A stretch of DNA of 63,685 nucleotides, counting the filler, from Chiloscyllium plagiosum (taxonomy: Eukaryota), in assembly GCF_004010195.1 (NCBI RefSeq). It is 5 parts of one record of this genome, joined end to end, with 100 filler letters (N's around TTAATTAATTAA, not from the genome) between each part and the next. Parts side by side here need not be neighbours in the genome. Positions count along the whole stretch, not along the records: positions 1 to 16,568 come from NC_057715.1; positions 16,669 to 35,854 come from NC_057715.1; 3 more parts are not named here. One strand, 5' to 3'. The position numbers and the translations under genes are program-made. Within the stretch, counting starts at the first letter, position 1, and each line of letters opens with the position of its first letter. Positions 12,130 to 24,579 of the stretch are shown in pieces. The notes beneath the pieces were generated by a model. The model searched no databases and was not told the DNA's origin. It was given only the letters and a program-made list of their open reading frames with translations.

Positions 12130-13210
12130 AGACCATAAGATGGAGCAACAGGATTAAACCAATCAAGTCTGTTCTGCTATTCGATCATGGCTGATATTTC
12201 GTGACCCTGTTCTCCTGCCTTCTTGTAAACCTTGATCCACTTATCAATCAAGAACCTATTTATATCGGTCTTAAACATTCTCAATGATTTGGCCTCCACT
12301 TGTTGCTGCAAATCAGTTCGACAGATGCAGCACCCTCTGAAGAGATTTTTCCTCATCTCAGTTTTAAAGTGTCATCCCTTCATTCTGAGGCTGTGCTCTC
12401 AGGTCCAAGTTTCTCCAAGTGGAATCACTTCTACTTTCAAGGACTCTCAGCATTTTGCAAATTTCAATGAGATCTCCCTTCATCCTTTAGACTTCATTGG
12501 GTACAGACCCAGAATCCTCAACTGCTCATAATACAAGCCCTTCATTCCAGAGATCATTCTAGACTGCCTCCAATGCCAGCACATCAATGCTTCGATACAG
12601 GGCCTAAACCTGCACAGTATTCAAAATATAGTCTGGTCAGAGCCTTACATAGCCTTAGCAGTATATCCCCATTCATGTATTCTAGAACACTGAATGTTAA
12701 TGCTGCATTTGCCTTCCGACTGCCAACTGAACATAAATCTTAACCATGACAGAATCCTGAGCAAAGTGTCCCAAGTCCCTTTCTTTGCTTTAGATTTCTA
12801 AAGCATTTCCCTGTTTAGAAATTTGTCTAGCTGCTTCCTACCAAAATGCATAATTTGACACTTTCCCATTTTGTGTTCCATTTGCTATTTCTTTACCCAC
12901 TCTCCTAACCTATCCAAGTCTTTCGGCAGTACCCCTGCTTCCTCAATATAACCAGTGCTTCCAACTAACTGTTATCTGCAAACTTAGCAACAATAAGTTC
13001 CTTTCACCATATCGTGAATGTATGACATGAATAATTGTCCCAACACCAACCTTAGTGGACCAAGTTTACACGAATAAACCCAATTGGTTTTCCAACAATT
13101 GACACGGATTTAATTTCATTTCCTAATAAGGCAACCCTGTTTCTTCCCCTCCCGCCCCCCACCATTTGTTTTTCCTTTTGATAGGGCATGTATTCTGGGA
13201 TATTTAGTTC
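12130..13210 (-). mobile_element. Decayed CR1 LINE fragment (second subfamily)
   Basis: Antisense CR1 3' UTR (GACCATAAGA..TCATGGCTGAT), then RT remnants and the endonuclease remnant QGWELNIPEY..GRVALL. Confidence 0.75.
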
Positions 13211-13439
13211 CCAACCTTGATCATCTTGCATATTCAATTAGCCATTGACCTGCCCATCTGACCAAATTTACATTCTCCTGTAACCCAAGACCTTTTTCTC
13301 ATGCTCAACCACTTGGCCAATCTTCAAAACATCTGCAAACTTGCTTTCCATCCCTCATAACACATTTATCTACACCTTAAAACACATTAACCTTCCACAG
13401 AACCAAAAAAAAAACAAATCTTTTTTCCTCCAGTTAAGA

Positions 13440-13573
13440 GCCCATTACAACGCAACCTTTAAAAGAATGTATTGGTTATAATGTGATTTGACTCCATTAA
13501 TTTAAATGGTGCAATTACCCGATTTGCACAGGATTGCACAAGAATGAACTACTGCATTGTAGAACTGACTGTA
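13440..13573. mobile_element. Partial MITE copy (same family as 3511-3732, inverted)
   Basis: TTTAAAAGAATGTATTGGTTATAATG..GAACTACTGCATTGTAGAACTGACTGTA is the reverse complement of the left half of the 3511 element. Confidence 0.6.
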
Positions 13574-14349
13574 GTATGAACCTTACTGATTCAACTTTTG
13601 CACGAACCTCTTTACCAGGCCTCCAACCCAGACTGCCCCAACATCCACCCCTGACCTAGTGTTTTGACATCCTGGCCCAGTCTCACCAACTGACTTGTGA
13701 CCTCACTGCCCAATTCCTTCCCATATCCTTCTGTCTCACTCCTCAGTGCCCAACTACTGCTGATTTCCCTGCTACACTCTCCACTTCACTCGTCGTTACC
13801 CTTTAATCCTGCCACTCTGCCCTCTTGCTTATTTACCTCTTAGCTTTTCAAGTAAGCTTTGAGACATTTAAACACGTTCCAGATAATGGCAGCTTAGATT
13901 TGTAGAGGCTGTGGCTTTTGAAAAGATGCAGTGTTGCTCTCCCCAAGGATTCATACACAGTTTGGAAGGATTCTCTGTTCAAATTATGAGGCAAATAACA
14001 TTCTGCCCTCAAACTTTTCAGGTCTATCTTCCATCAGAGGTTTGAAACCAGGTGAGAGATTGAAGCATTGTTTTCGTGGGTAAGACTGCTAATTGCCATC
14101 CCCGTACCTGCCCATCCCTAAGACACCTTAGCCAAGTGATTTGTTCATTGTTCGCCACCATTATTTTAAGGATCTTGCTTCTTTTCTAACTGTTCTCTGG
14201 CAATTATGGGTGCTTGCTATTTCTATATCTGCAGCTAAACTCATTTATATTCCCTTTTGAAACTGTGTGACGAATTTGATATTCCCTATAGTATCATCAC
14301 TGCTATTGCCCTTTGTACAACTCTGCTTTGGAAATCTAATTTCTCTTAT

Positions 14350-15990
14350 TACAAGATTGCCAGGGTTGAACAGTTTGAGCTATATGGAGAGGCTGAATAG
14401 GCTGCAGTTGCTTCCCTGGAGCATCAGAGGCTGAGGGATGACCTTATAGAGGCTTATAAAATGAGGGTATATAGAAAAGGTCTTTTCCCTGGGGTCGGGG
14501 AGTCCAGAACCAGAACCAGAGAGCATGAATTTAGAGTTGGGAGGGGGAAGATTTAAAGGGACCTAAGGGGCATCCTTTTCATGCAGAGGGTGATGCATGT
14601 ACGGAATGAGCTGCCAGAAGAAGTGGAGGAGACTGGTACAATTACAGCAGCATTTAAAAGGCATCTGGATGAGTATAGGAATAGGAAGAGTTTAGAGGGA
14701 TATGGGCCAAATGCAGGCAAATGGGACTAGATTAGTTTCGGATATCTGGTCAGCATCGATGAATTGGATCAAAGGATCGGTTTCAGCGCTGTATGGTTCT
14801 ATGACTAGATTTGATCAGCGATTGTCAGCATGGCTTTGCCAGAGGGAGGTCATGCATAACAAACATGATTGAATTTTGAGTGGAAGTGATCAGATGCATA
14901 GATGAGGGCAGAGCAATTTATGTGGGTTCCACAACAAAGCCTTTGACAAATCTAGGGCATCTTGGCAAGGATCCCAAATTAGTCTGAACAGACTGAAGGC
15001 GATGGTAGAAGATGGTAGATGTAGGAACTGGTCCATCTGACAGGGATCAATGCTGAGTTCCTTCCTGTGCAGAATATATATGAATGAAAACAGGAGAATT
15101 TTGAGATGAATAATGCTAAGTTTGAGGATGACATGAAGATTAGCAAGGTGGTTAATATTGCGACAGGAAGTCAATTTATAGCAAAATGCAGATGGATTGG
15201 TCAGATATGCAGATGGAATTTAATGCTGATAAGGGTGGTGAGGTGATCCACTTTGGAAGTAGAAATAGGACAAGAGAGTATTTAGTGAATAGCAGAATGC
15301 TAGGAAGCACAGAAGGTCAGAGGGATTTTGGGTGCTTGTCCACAAATCCTTGAAGGTCGTAAGAGATTAATAATTTCTAAGGATGCATATGGGACACGTG
15401 CCTTCAACTGAGGCATAGATTACAAAGAGGGGGGTCATGCTTGAGCTGTACAGAACTTTGTTTAGGCCACAGCTGGAGGTGTGTGTGCAGTTCTGGTCTC
15501 CACACTAAGAAAGAATATGATTGCACTTGAGAGGATGCAGAGGAGATTCACCAGGATGTTACCTGGGATAGAGTGGTTTAGCCATGAAGAGAGGAGAGAT
15601 AAGCTTGGATTGTTTTCTTTGGAGCAGGAAAGGTTGAGGTGGGGGGACCTGGCAGAGGTATATAAAAGATTAAGGAGCAAGTAGAAGGACAAAGCAAATA
15701 GGAAATAGCTGTCTACCTTAATTAAAGAATCAAGAATAAGGGGGCGTAAGTTTAAGGTGAAAGGCAGATGGTTTAGAGAAGATTAAAAAGGAAACCATTT
15801 TTCACAGAAGGTGTAGAAATCTAGAATGCATTGCCTGGGAGGGTATTAGGGGTGGGAAGCCTCAACTCTGAAGAAAGCATTGGACTTGAAATATCATAAC
15901 ATTGAAGGTTATGGGCCAAATGCTGGAGTGATTTTAGTGTGGAGAAGACAGAGCAGGGCCAATGGGCCAAAAAGGGACTTTGCTATATGA
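14350..15990 (+). mobile_element. Two adjacent CR1 LINE fragments (14350-14805 HER1-like 3' end; 14810-15990 older copy)
   Basis: CR1 3' UTR ends at ~14805. Then QHGFARGRSC.TN, ALERMQRRFTRMLPG and DKLGLFSLEQERL..DLAEVYK, followed by another 3' end. Confidence 0.85.
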
Positions 15991-16311
15991 CTACCGGTAC
16001 TATAATTTTTACACCTCGACCTGCAGTATGGCACACAGCAGAGGTGGCAAACAAGAGACAAAGTTGCTTGAACAGACAGGAAGGGCAGGAGGCACCGCAG
16101 CAGATGACTATTTCACTTAGCATTTTCAGGAAGCAACACTCCAGCTTTTGAAAGGATAGGGTAACAAGGGATAACATCATACTTGCTCAGTTTTATAGCT
16201 CAACAATTCTCTCACTTCAAGTATTCAAATTCTCCTTTCAAAGTCATTACTGATCTGCTTCTATTACCTTTCAGACACTGCATTCTAGATCATAACTCCA
16301 TATTAAATCAA

Positions 16312-16795
16312 TTCAGGACCGCCCGTTTCTACCTCCTGCCCAAAATCCACAAACCTGACTGCCCCAGCCGACCCATTGTCTCGGCCTGCTCCTGCCCCAC
16401 CGAACTCAGCTCTGCATACCTCGACACGGTCCTGTCCCCCTTAGTCCAAGAACACCCCACCTACGTTTGGGACACCACCCACACCCTCCACCTCCTCCAT
16501 GATTTTCACTTCCCTGGTCCCCAACGCCTTATCTTCACCATGGACATCCAGTCCCTGTACACCTCCATNNNNNNNNNNNNNNNNNNNNNNNNNNNNNNNN
16601 NNNNNNNNNNNNTTAATTAATTAANNNNNNNNNNNNNNNNNNNNNNNNNNNNNNNNNNNNNNNNNNNNTCCTGAAGGAGGGCTCATGCCCGAAACGTTGA
16701 TTCTCCTGCTCCTCGGATGCTGCCTGACCTGCTGCACTTTTCCAGCAACACATTTTCAGCTCTGATCTCCAGCATCTGCAGGCCTCACTTTCTCC
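16312..16795 (+). mobile_element. Second Penelope-like family: RT fragment, gap, 3' end with hammerhead-like motif
   Basis: RTARFYLLPKIHKPDCPSRPIVSACSCPTE..LIFTMDIQSLYTS before the gap. After it: CCTGAAGGAGGGCTCATGCCCGAAACGTTGA..CTCACTTTCTCC. Flanking direct repeat CATATTAAATCAA (16299-16311) / CACATTAAATCAA (16796-16808). Confidence 0.9.
16569..16668. other. Assembly gap spacer (44 N + TTAATTAATTAA + 44 N)
   Basis: Identical 100-bp spacers occur at 35855, 45904 and 60679. The 12-mer gives stop codons in all six frames. Confidence 0.97.
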
Positions 16796-18489
16796 CACAT
16801 TAAATCAACCCTCCCTACAATGCACCTAAAGCCACCTGTAAATCGACCACAGCATTTCAGAGGAAAACCTCTGCTGGCCAGGCAGCACATAAAACTTTTG
16901 ATTAAAATTTTAGTTCAGTTCAATGCTGATTGAAGGGAGCTCTTGTGTCCCCTTATAAATCTGGTAGTTTGGCAGTTTCAAGCCCACCATACATTAGATC
17001 AGCCAAATGTATTACATCATATGGAAGGCAGCAGGAGTTTACAAAACTGGAGATACAACAATGGAAGATGATTTCTATGATAGATTAAACAGTCACAATG
17101 AGGGAGAGGTAGAATTGGAACCAGAGTCTGCATGATGCACAGCTTGTAAACAACAGAGTTCACTTGGAAAACCATTGCTGGGACAGTGGATACAATTGGC
17201 TATATAGGTGCAGTGTTATGTTTGAAGCCAAAAGTTCAGCTGTTGGCAATGTTTAACTGGAAGCAATTACAGCTCATGCAAGATTGACATTGGACAAAAA
17301 ACAAACAAACAGTCTAATAGCATAAAAACAGTAGTGGAACCAAAAAAGGTGATGAAATAATAAAAAGTTTGTTGTTAGCTTCATAAACCCAGAAGCTGAC
17401 CCCATGTCTACACATGATATTGCTGAATAGTAGCCAGTAGGTGAGAAAAAGGAAATACTTGATCAAAGAGGGGAGCACTCCTAAGGGGATAGTTACTGTT
17501 AGAAAGTGAAGACATTGCGCTGATGTAAGAATGGGCTCCGAGACACGGGCATAACATTAGATGATGATACAGTGAACCCTATCTGTAGAAATGTTAAAGA
17601 ACAAGAAAGAGAATGTAGCCATGCCGTGAAGTGTGCTGGAAACGTATGCTTTAGGGAAGTAGAAATAGATACAAAATTGCAAAGTGATAATGAGATGAAA
17701 GCTTAAACATAATTTGATAGAACTTGATGTTAAATCTACATTGCGTAATAGACAGTTATTTTCAAAATCTAAAAATAAAAAAGTTACAAACAATTATAGG
17801 AATTAAAAATATGAGAGCTGGAGTAGAACATTCAGTCCCTTGAGCCCGCTTTGTAATTCCAGGTCTCAGCTCTTCATCCAATCTCAATGACACAATCCTA
17901 GTCTAAACATTCTGAAGATTTAACCTTTATGAGAGGAGGCACCAGATTCTAAATCACAGAAAACATTACTGCTAGCTTGGTATTAGCTCATAGCCCTAAT
18001 AATAGCAGAAGGATTTATAGTCATTGACAGGGTGGGAGAAGACAGTGAGAATAAGATTAAGGTGGCAAAAGCATCTGATCAATTTGATAAGAACAGTCAC
18101 AATGAATTATCAATCTTTGTCTCATTCCAAATGTTAAAATGGCCTCCTTCTGATCCCTTTACATCATGCTGACTACTCATCTTTTGCCAGATGGAACAAT
18201 TATGTTAACCCTTTTACAGAACTCAATTTCAGCAGTAAACCTATGTCACCAACATGGAATGTGCAGCAGCTGGTTCTAAGATATCACCAGAGCCAAGCAG
18301 CAGGTGACTAGTTAACTTTTCAGTTGAAGGTGAATGTTTGTGAAGAAAATACTTGCCAGTTAAAATGGTCTTTCATATAATGCCATTAAAGTTTTATTTT
18401 TCACAAGGATTTAAAAAGGATTTGATTGGAACACAAATAATCAACCTATTGGATACTTAGCTCCACATGTTTACAGTTTGAGCTACAAA

Positions 18490-19360
18490 GATAGGCTGGA
18501 TCTTTTTCAGTGGAGTGTAGGAGGCCGAGGGGTGACCTTGGAGGCTTACAAAATTTGAGGGGCATAGATAGAGTGAGGGGCAATTGTCTTTTCCCTTTAG
18601 TGGTGGTGGTATTGGTGGAAGGGGTGAGTGGGAATTTCAAAACTAGGGGGAAATACTTTTAAGGAGACAGGAGAAAGATTTAAAAAAAGGATGAGGGGCA
18701 ACTTTTAAAAAAGAAAAGTGGTTCAAAATGTGGAATGAACTGCCAGAGGAAGTGGTGGATATAGGCACACTTATATTCAAAAGACATTTGGATAAGTACA
18801 TCAACAGGAAAGGTTTGGAAATTTATTGACCAGACGCAGGCAGGTAGGACTAGTTTGGTTTAAGAACATGGTCAATGTGGACTAGTTGGACTGAAGGGTC
18901 TCTTTTTGTGCTATATGAATCTATGACAAAATAGGAAGGTTTATTTGCTGTACTTTATAGATTCAATTTCAAAAAGGACACAAGGTGGATACAGATGGAC
19001 ATAGATAGGTTCAGTGAGGGCAAAAATCTCAGATGATTGAGTATATGAAGTTTTCCCACTTTAGCAGGAAAAATAGAAAATGTGGAATATTACTTAAACG
19101 GAGAATGCCTACAACACCTAACAGTAGAGAGGTCTCCATGATCTGTTGCAGGATTGACAAAATGTTAGTAATCAAGTAATTAAGTCAAATGGACAAGGGA
19201 TATTGACCATAAAAATAAGGATTTATGCTTCAATTATATGGAGCATTGGTGTAGCCACATATGGAGTACTCCATATTAAGGGATAGATGTGAATGCACAA
19301 AAGGTTCGAGGGCATTTATTAGATTCATACATAGAATAAGTAGACTGTCTTAGGAGGACA
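18490..19360 (+). mobile_element. CR1 LINE 3' fragments
   Basis: GGCTGGATCTTTTTCAGTGGAG..GGGGTGACCTT..TGGAATGAACTGCCAGAGGAAGTGGTGG and a tail to ~18927, then an older RT remnant. Confidence 0.75.
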
Positions 19361-19475
19361 AGAAACATCAAAAATAAATAGCTTGCAAAGCTGAGCAGGT
19401 CTGCAATAAGGCATTGACTTTCTCAGGTCTGCAACTTATGATACTGCAAGTCTCCAACTCTAACTTTTTAGGTCA

Positions 19476-19806
19476 TTCATGGGATTAGGGCATTGCTGGT
19501 TGGTCCAGCATTTCCTGCCCATCTCTTGGCTAATTTCTGGGCAGTTGAGAGTTAACCACACTGTAGGTCTGGACTCACGTAGGCCAGACCAGATAACAAT
19601 GGCAGTTTCCTTCCAGCTGAGGGAACCAAATGGGTTTTCTTAACAATCAGCAATGGATTTGGGGTCATTCGGCTCTTAATTCCAGATTTTTATCTAATTC
19701 AATTTCCACTATCTGCCATGGCAGGATTCAAACAGAATCTCCAGAATATTACCTGGGTCTCTGGATTAACAGCCCATTGATAATACCACAAGGCCATTGC
19801 GTCCCC
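19476..19806 (-). mobile_element. tRNA-derived SINE (SacSINE1/Deu-like), decayed
   Basis: Reverse complement aligns by eye to the 41285-41628 copy across head, central domain and tail. Confidence 0.7.
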
Positions 19807-19829
19807 AAATAACTTCATACCAACAAGAT

Positions 19830-20785
19830 ATAAGTCTGGAATTATCCTACCCTCTCCAATTATTGTTCTATACATAAATGATATAGAAATGAAAATGTGG
19901 AAGGAACATTAAGCAGGTTTGAAGATGACGCAAAAATTGATCAAGTGGTTGTGTCGGCTACTGGAAGATATAGATGGGCACAGCAGTAGCAGATAGTATT
20001 CAACACTGAGAAGTGAGAGGTGATGCACTTTGGAAGAGACAAGATAAGGGAGTATTTAATGAAAGGCAGGACAATGAGTAGCTTAGAAAAAGAGGGATCT
20101 TAGGATAATTATTCACAGATACTGGAGGTCAGTAGAGTATGTGAACAGTCTAGTTATGGAGGCATATGAGATATTTGCTTTCATCAGTCATGGCAAACAA
20201 TATAACAGCAAGGAGGTAATGCTGAGAGTCTTACAGAGCATTGGTAGGGCCCTAAGTGGAGCAGTTCTGGTCACCTCACTACAGGAAGGATGTGAGGTCA
20301 CTAGAGGGTACAGAGGACACTCACGAGCATGTCACCTGGGATGGAGCAGTTGATCTAAGGATAGATTAAATAGGCTTGGATTGTTTTCTTTACAAGAGTG
20401 AAGACTGATGGGAGACAGGATTGAGGTGTATAAGATTATGAGGGGGGTATGGTCAGGCCAAATAGAGAGCAGCTGTTTCCCTTGGTTGAGGGGCCAATCA
20501 CAAGAGGGTATAGTTTTAAAGATAACAGGCAGGAGATAGAGATTTTCAAAAAAAAAATTTCACTTAGCAGGTGGTGGGAATCTGGAATGCATTGCCTCAG
20601 AAGGTAGTGGAGGCTGGAAACCTTACAAACTTTTAAACATACTTGGATGAGTATTTCAAATATCAGAAAATTCAAGAATATTGGGCAAGTGTATGAAATT
20701 AGAATTAGTACACTTTTAGTGGTAGTTCCATTGGTGTAGACTTAATTGGCCAAAGGGCCTTTTTTGCACGGTATGAATCTATGGA
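19830..20785 (+). mobile_element. Decayed CR1 LINE 3' portion
   Basis: YIND..RFEDDAKI remnant, AYEIFAFISHG..YNSKEVML, LNRLGLFSL and a CR1 3' UTR. Confidence 0.8.
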
Positions 20786-20875
20786 TTCCCTCCCCTCCAA
20801 GACCCTTCGTAAAATCTTGGTTTACTAGTGGCATTTAAGTTGTTGCCCAAATATCTGCTTTTTTGGCTCAGTGTC

Positions 20876-20961
20876 CAGTGTGGTGGCTGGAAAAGCACAG
20901 CAGGTCAGACAGCATCTGAGAAGCAGGAAAATCAATGCTTTGGGCAAAAGCCTTTCATCAG
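20876..20961 (-). mobile_element. PLE-derived mini-element (degenerate hammerhead)
   Basis: Minus strand CTGATGAAAGGCTTTTGCCCAAAGCATTGATTTTCCTGCTTCTCAGATGCTGTCTGACCTGCTGTGCTTTTCCAGC. Confidence 0.7.
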
Positions 20962-21607
20962 ACTCAGTTTTACTTTGGCCTTGTACTCTTCGAACACTGC
21001 ATATGAAAAACTGCTCTTAAGAAAGTAGTGACTGTGATACATTCAGCTGAATTGAAGGAAGCAGTGATACAAAACAAATTAGGCTTGCCTTAAATGACCT
21101 ACAATAGATCATCTCAGCACTGTAGGCAATCCATTTGAAATAGAAAAGAATCAGAAAAGCATTTTGGGTAACAAGCTTTATGGTTTTCATACAGAAAAAA
21201 TAGATACTTGTGATTGATTACAATAAACATTGATAAGATACACTTGGATGTTAATGTTAACAGCTAACTGATTTAGATTTACTCAGATTAAATTTAAGTT
21301 CTAATGGTTAAATTAATTTCCATTTACTCACAGTATTGTTTGATTTTTTGTGTTCTCATTAAACATGATAGAATCAGTTATGATACAGGCCTTTTGAAGT
21401 TTTTGGTAGAGCTGTTCAATTAGTTCCATACTCAATCACTTTCCCCACAACTTTGTGATTACTTACCATTCCTCAACTATTGAATCATTTTCTTTTGATT
21501 ATTATTGTTGGATTCATCCTTTCAGCCCAGAGTATTCTAATCACAACTCTTCAGTAAACAAAGTGTCTTCTTAGCTGATCCTCTTGTCAATTACTACACA
21601 TCTAAGT

Positions 21608-21914
21608 GGGCAGCACGGCGGTTAGCACTGCTGCCTCACAGTGCTAGAGACCCGGGTTCAATTCCTACCTCAGGAAACTGTCTGTGTGGAGTTTGCACAT
21701 TCTCCCAGTGTCTGCGTGGGTTCCCTCCAGGTGCTCCAGTTTCCTCCCACAGTCCAAAAATGTGCAGGTTAGGTGAATTGGCCATGCTAAATTGCCCGTA
21801 GTGTTAGGTGAAGGGGTAAATGTAGGGGAATGGGTCTGGGTGGGTTGCTCTTTGGAGGATCAATGTGGACTTGTTGGGCCGAAGGGCCTGTTTCCACACT
21901 AAGTAATCTAATCT
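21608..21914 (+). mobile_element. HE1-type SINE, near full length
   Basis: tRNA-like head with a B box (GGTTCAATTCC), V-SINE core, CR1-like tail and AATCTAATCT end. Confidence 0.92.
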
Positions 21915-22479
21915 GATCCATCCACGTCGTCTAGTCTACAGACTTGATTGCCATTGGAATCATGTCTTCTGTAATCAGTCTATTAAAATATTTTAGATTT
22001 TGAACAATTCTTTTCCAAACCTTCAATCTTTCTTGCTCAAACAGTTGCTTCTCTAGTCTCTCCAAATCGTTGATGCCCCTCAATCTTTGATAAAATTCTA
22101 ATAAATCTTCCTACATGCCTCCAGAACCTTAAAACCATTCCTGAAGTATGCTGTCCAGAATTAAGCAAATATTTCACCACTGTTTTACAAAAGTTTTAAT
22201 AAAACTTCCTTTGTGTGCATCCTTTAACCACAACATAGTACTTGATTTTCCAGCATGACAGATAGCATTACCCCACAAAATGGTGACTGTGGTGCATGCA
22301 TGCACTTAAGGTATGAGCTATGCCAGCCACAATTGACAGCATTTGCACGTGCTTTGAGTCTACCAATATTATGTTGAGGCAGCAGATCATGATCAAACAG
22401 TGCTGGTGCTGCCCTTTGGGCTCAACACATGAGCTACGTGTTTGCCTAGCCTCCGACAATTAAATATACATTTAAAAAA

Positions 22480-23030
22480 AAGAAATGCACCATAGTACCT
22501 TAAAGGATCAGTTGTTTTCAGGGGTCATGCTGATTGAGAGCACCGGTAGAAATCAAAGTGGGAGGGAGCAGGCCAGAATGGACACTAGTAGAGTGGTAAT
22601 AGTGGAAGGAATAATTATGAGAATGCCATGTTGTCATTGCACGGAGGAATCACCACTTTCAAAGTTGCACAATGGCCATATTCAAGTATCTCTAGCCATG
22701 GTAGCACAGTTTCAGCTCACACAACAGTCATCTGAGTTTTCACTGCTATATCCAGTATTTCGTGGTGACTATTTATGCTGTAATGTAAATCAACAGATGA
22801 TTATGTCCATCATTGTTATAATGGAGTTAGCCAACATGTTGTTGAAAAGGATACGCTCCAAGACGTACACATACAACCCAGTATTAATTATGCACAGGAC
22901 TATTTTCACTGACATTGACAGGAGGATTCAGGCAGATCTGAATGCACCAAGTATTTCAGTGCTCATAGCTAACAAACTTATTCAATAGTCAGCACCAAAG
23001 CCTCATCCTCTAACAGAATTCACATGCAAC
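22480..23030 (-). mobile_element. Ancient L2/CR1-group LINE remnant
   Basis: Antisense similarity to the LINE at 56430-57895 (GGAATCACCACT, ATCAACAGATGATTATGTCCATCATTG). Confidence 0.45.
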
Positions 23031-23139
23031 CTTGCCTTTCAGCAAGCTTGTACCTATACTTAAGTTTCCTACTCTGACCACAGACCACTTATGCTCAATA
23101 TCCCACTATCTGCGAATCCTGCCTCGAAGCAACTGTTTT

Positions 23140-23355
23140 GAGGTACATACAATGCCTGGAGTGCATTGCCAGAGGTGGTGGTGGAAGCAGGCAATAGCAT
23201 TCAAGAAACACCTGGTCAAATACACAAATAGGAAAGGAATAAAATGGACAAATGGTTCTGTAAGCAAAAACAGTTTTAATATAAGGACAAAATGTATTGA
23301 CACAGGCTTGGAGGACCAAAGGGCCTATTCCTGTGCTGTATTATTCTTTGCTCTT
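23140..23355 (+). mobile_element. CR1 3' end
   Basis: TGCCTGGAGTGCATTGCCAGAGGTGGTGGTGGAAGCAG..GGGCCTATTCCTGTGCTGTATT. Confidence 0.7.
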
Positions 23356-23539
23356 TAATTAATGCTAGCCTTTCATAATTTGTGCAGTGCACCTACCATG
23401 GTTACAGACCAATTATAAAAGTTATCATGAAGTTTCCAGTCCAGAGAATGTTCAAATAGGTTTGTGGCACATTGTGATCCCAACACCTGTTTTCACAGCT
23501 TAGAATTTCATGCCTTTTGCCTCTATTAATAAAGCCTCA

Positions 23540-23683
23540 TCACTACTGCTTCACAGCACCCTAGACCTGGGTTCAATTCCATTTTCGGGCATCTGTCTGT
23601 TTGAAATTTGCACAACTGTGTCTGGATGGGTTTCCTCCCACAATCCAAAAAACCTCCAGGTAAGGTCAATTTGCCATGTAGGG
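23540..23683 (+). mobile_element. HE1-type SINE 5' fragment
   Basis: CACTACTGCTTCACAGCACC..GGGTTCAATTCC..TTTCCTCCCACAATCCAAA. Confidence 0.7.
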
Positions 23684-24579
23684 ATTTAAAAAAAATTCTT
23701 AACAGTTTCTAAACTTTTCATACTATGAAAACTTTAGATACACACTCCTAGACCTCTGTTCCTGCAACCACTTTAACATTTAAAATTGCACCATTTCACA
23801 TTACCTATCATTATTCCCACCAAAATAAATCACTTCACAATTCTCTGCATTAACCTACATCCATCATGTCTGCCGTTTCAAAGTCAGTCATTGATTTTGT
23901 TACTATACTTCCAAGTTGTGAATTACTAGTGCCCTATTAACTCAAATTCAGATCATTGATATATCAATAAAAGCAAGGCTTCTAGTATTGATCCCAGGTG
24001 AACACCACTGCATATTTTGCTCCATCTGCAACCAACCTTTCATCAAGACTCAACTAATACTGTATCTCCATGGTCATTGTTCTTGTGACTCAATGGGCTT
24101 TAATTTTGCTGACAAGCCTATTGTGCGAGTGCATTTTCATAAAGCTTTGTGAAAATGCAAATATGTCAGTTGTGCTGCACACATCAATACTACAATTTTT
24201 TCGACGTTATTAAATCATGACTTGTTTTGCACAAATCCAGCACTCTGTCCCAAACCCCATATCCAAGAACTGAAAGAATGTGGCTGAAGCCTCTGCAATT
24301 TCCAGCCTTACATCCAAAAGGGAAATAGGATGCAAAATTTCAGCCTTCTTTCCTCTGTCATTAGCTCCAACGAGGAATATGAATTTTAAATATTTCTTCT
24401 GCCTGAAAAAAAATGTTCTTCGCCTCTGATGTCTCTTATCCTGGCATCAAGATACTAATACATCATACAGGTCTCAACAATTAAATACCCAATTACCTAC
24501 ACGTTATGCTTTGTTGTTCCCACAATAGTGGTTCTTTGCAAAGTCTCAGCCTTCAGTCTTTTGAGCTAGCATCACCTGC

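Noticed and set aside
16613..16624. Recurrent TTAATTAATTAA palindrome
   Set aside because: It is always centred in N runs, so it is an artificial six-frame-stop linker.
21608..21680. tRNA genes
   Set aside because: The A/B boxes belong to SINE heads; no complete cloverleaf.
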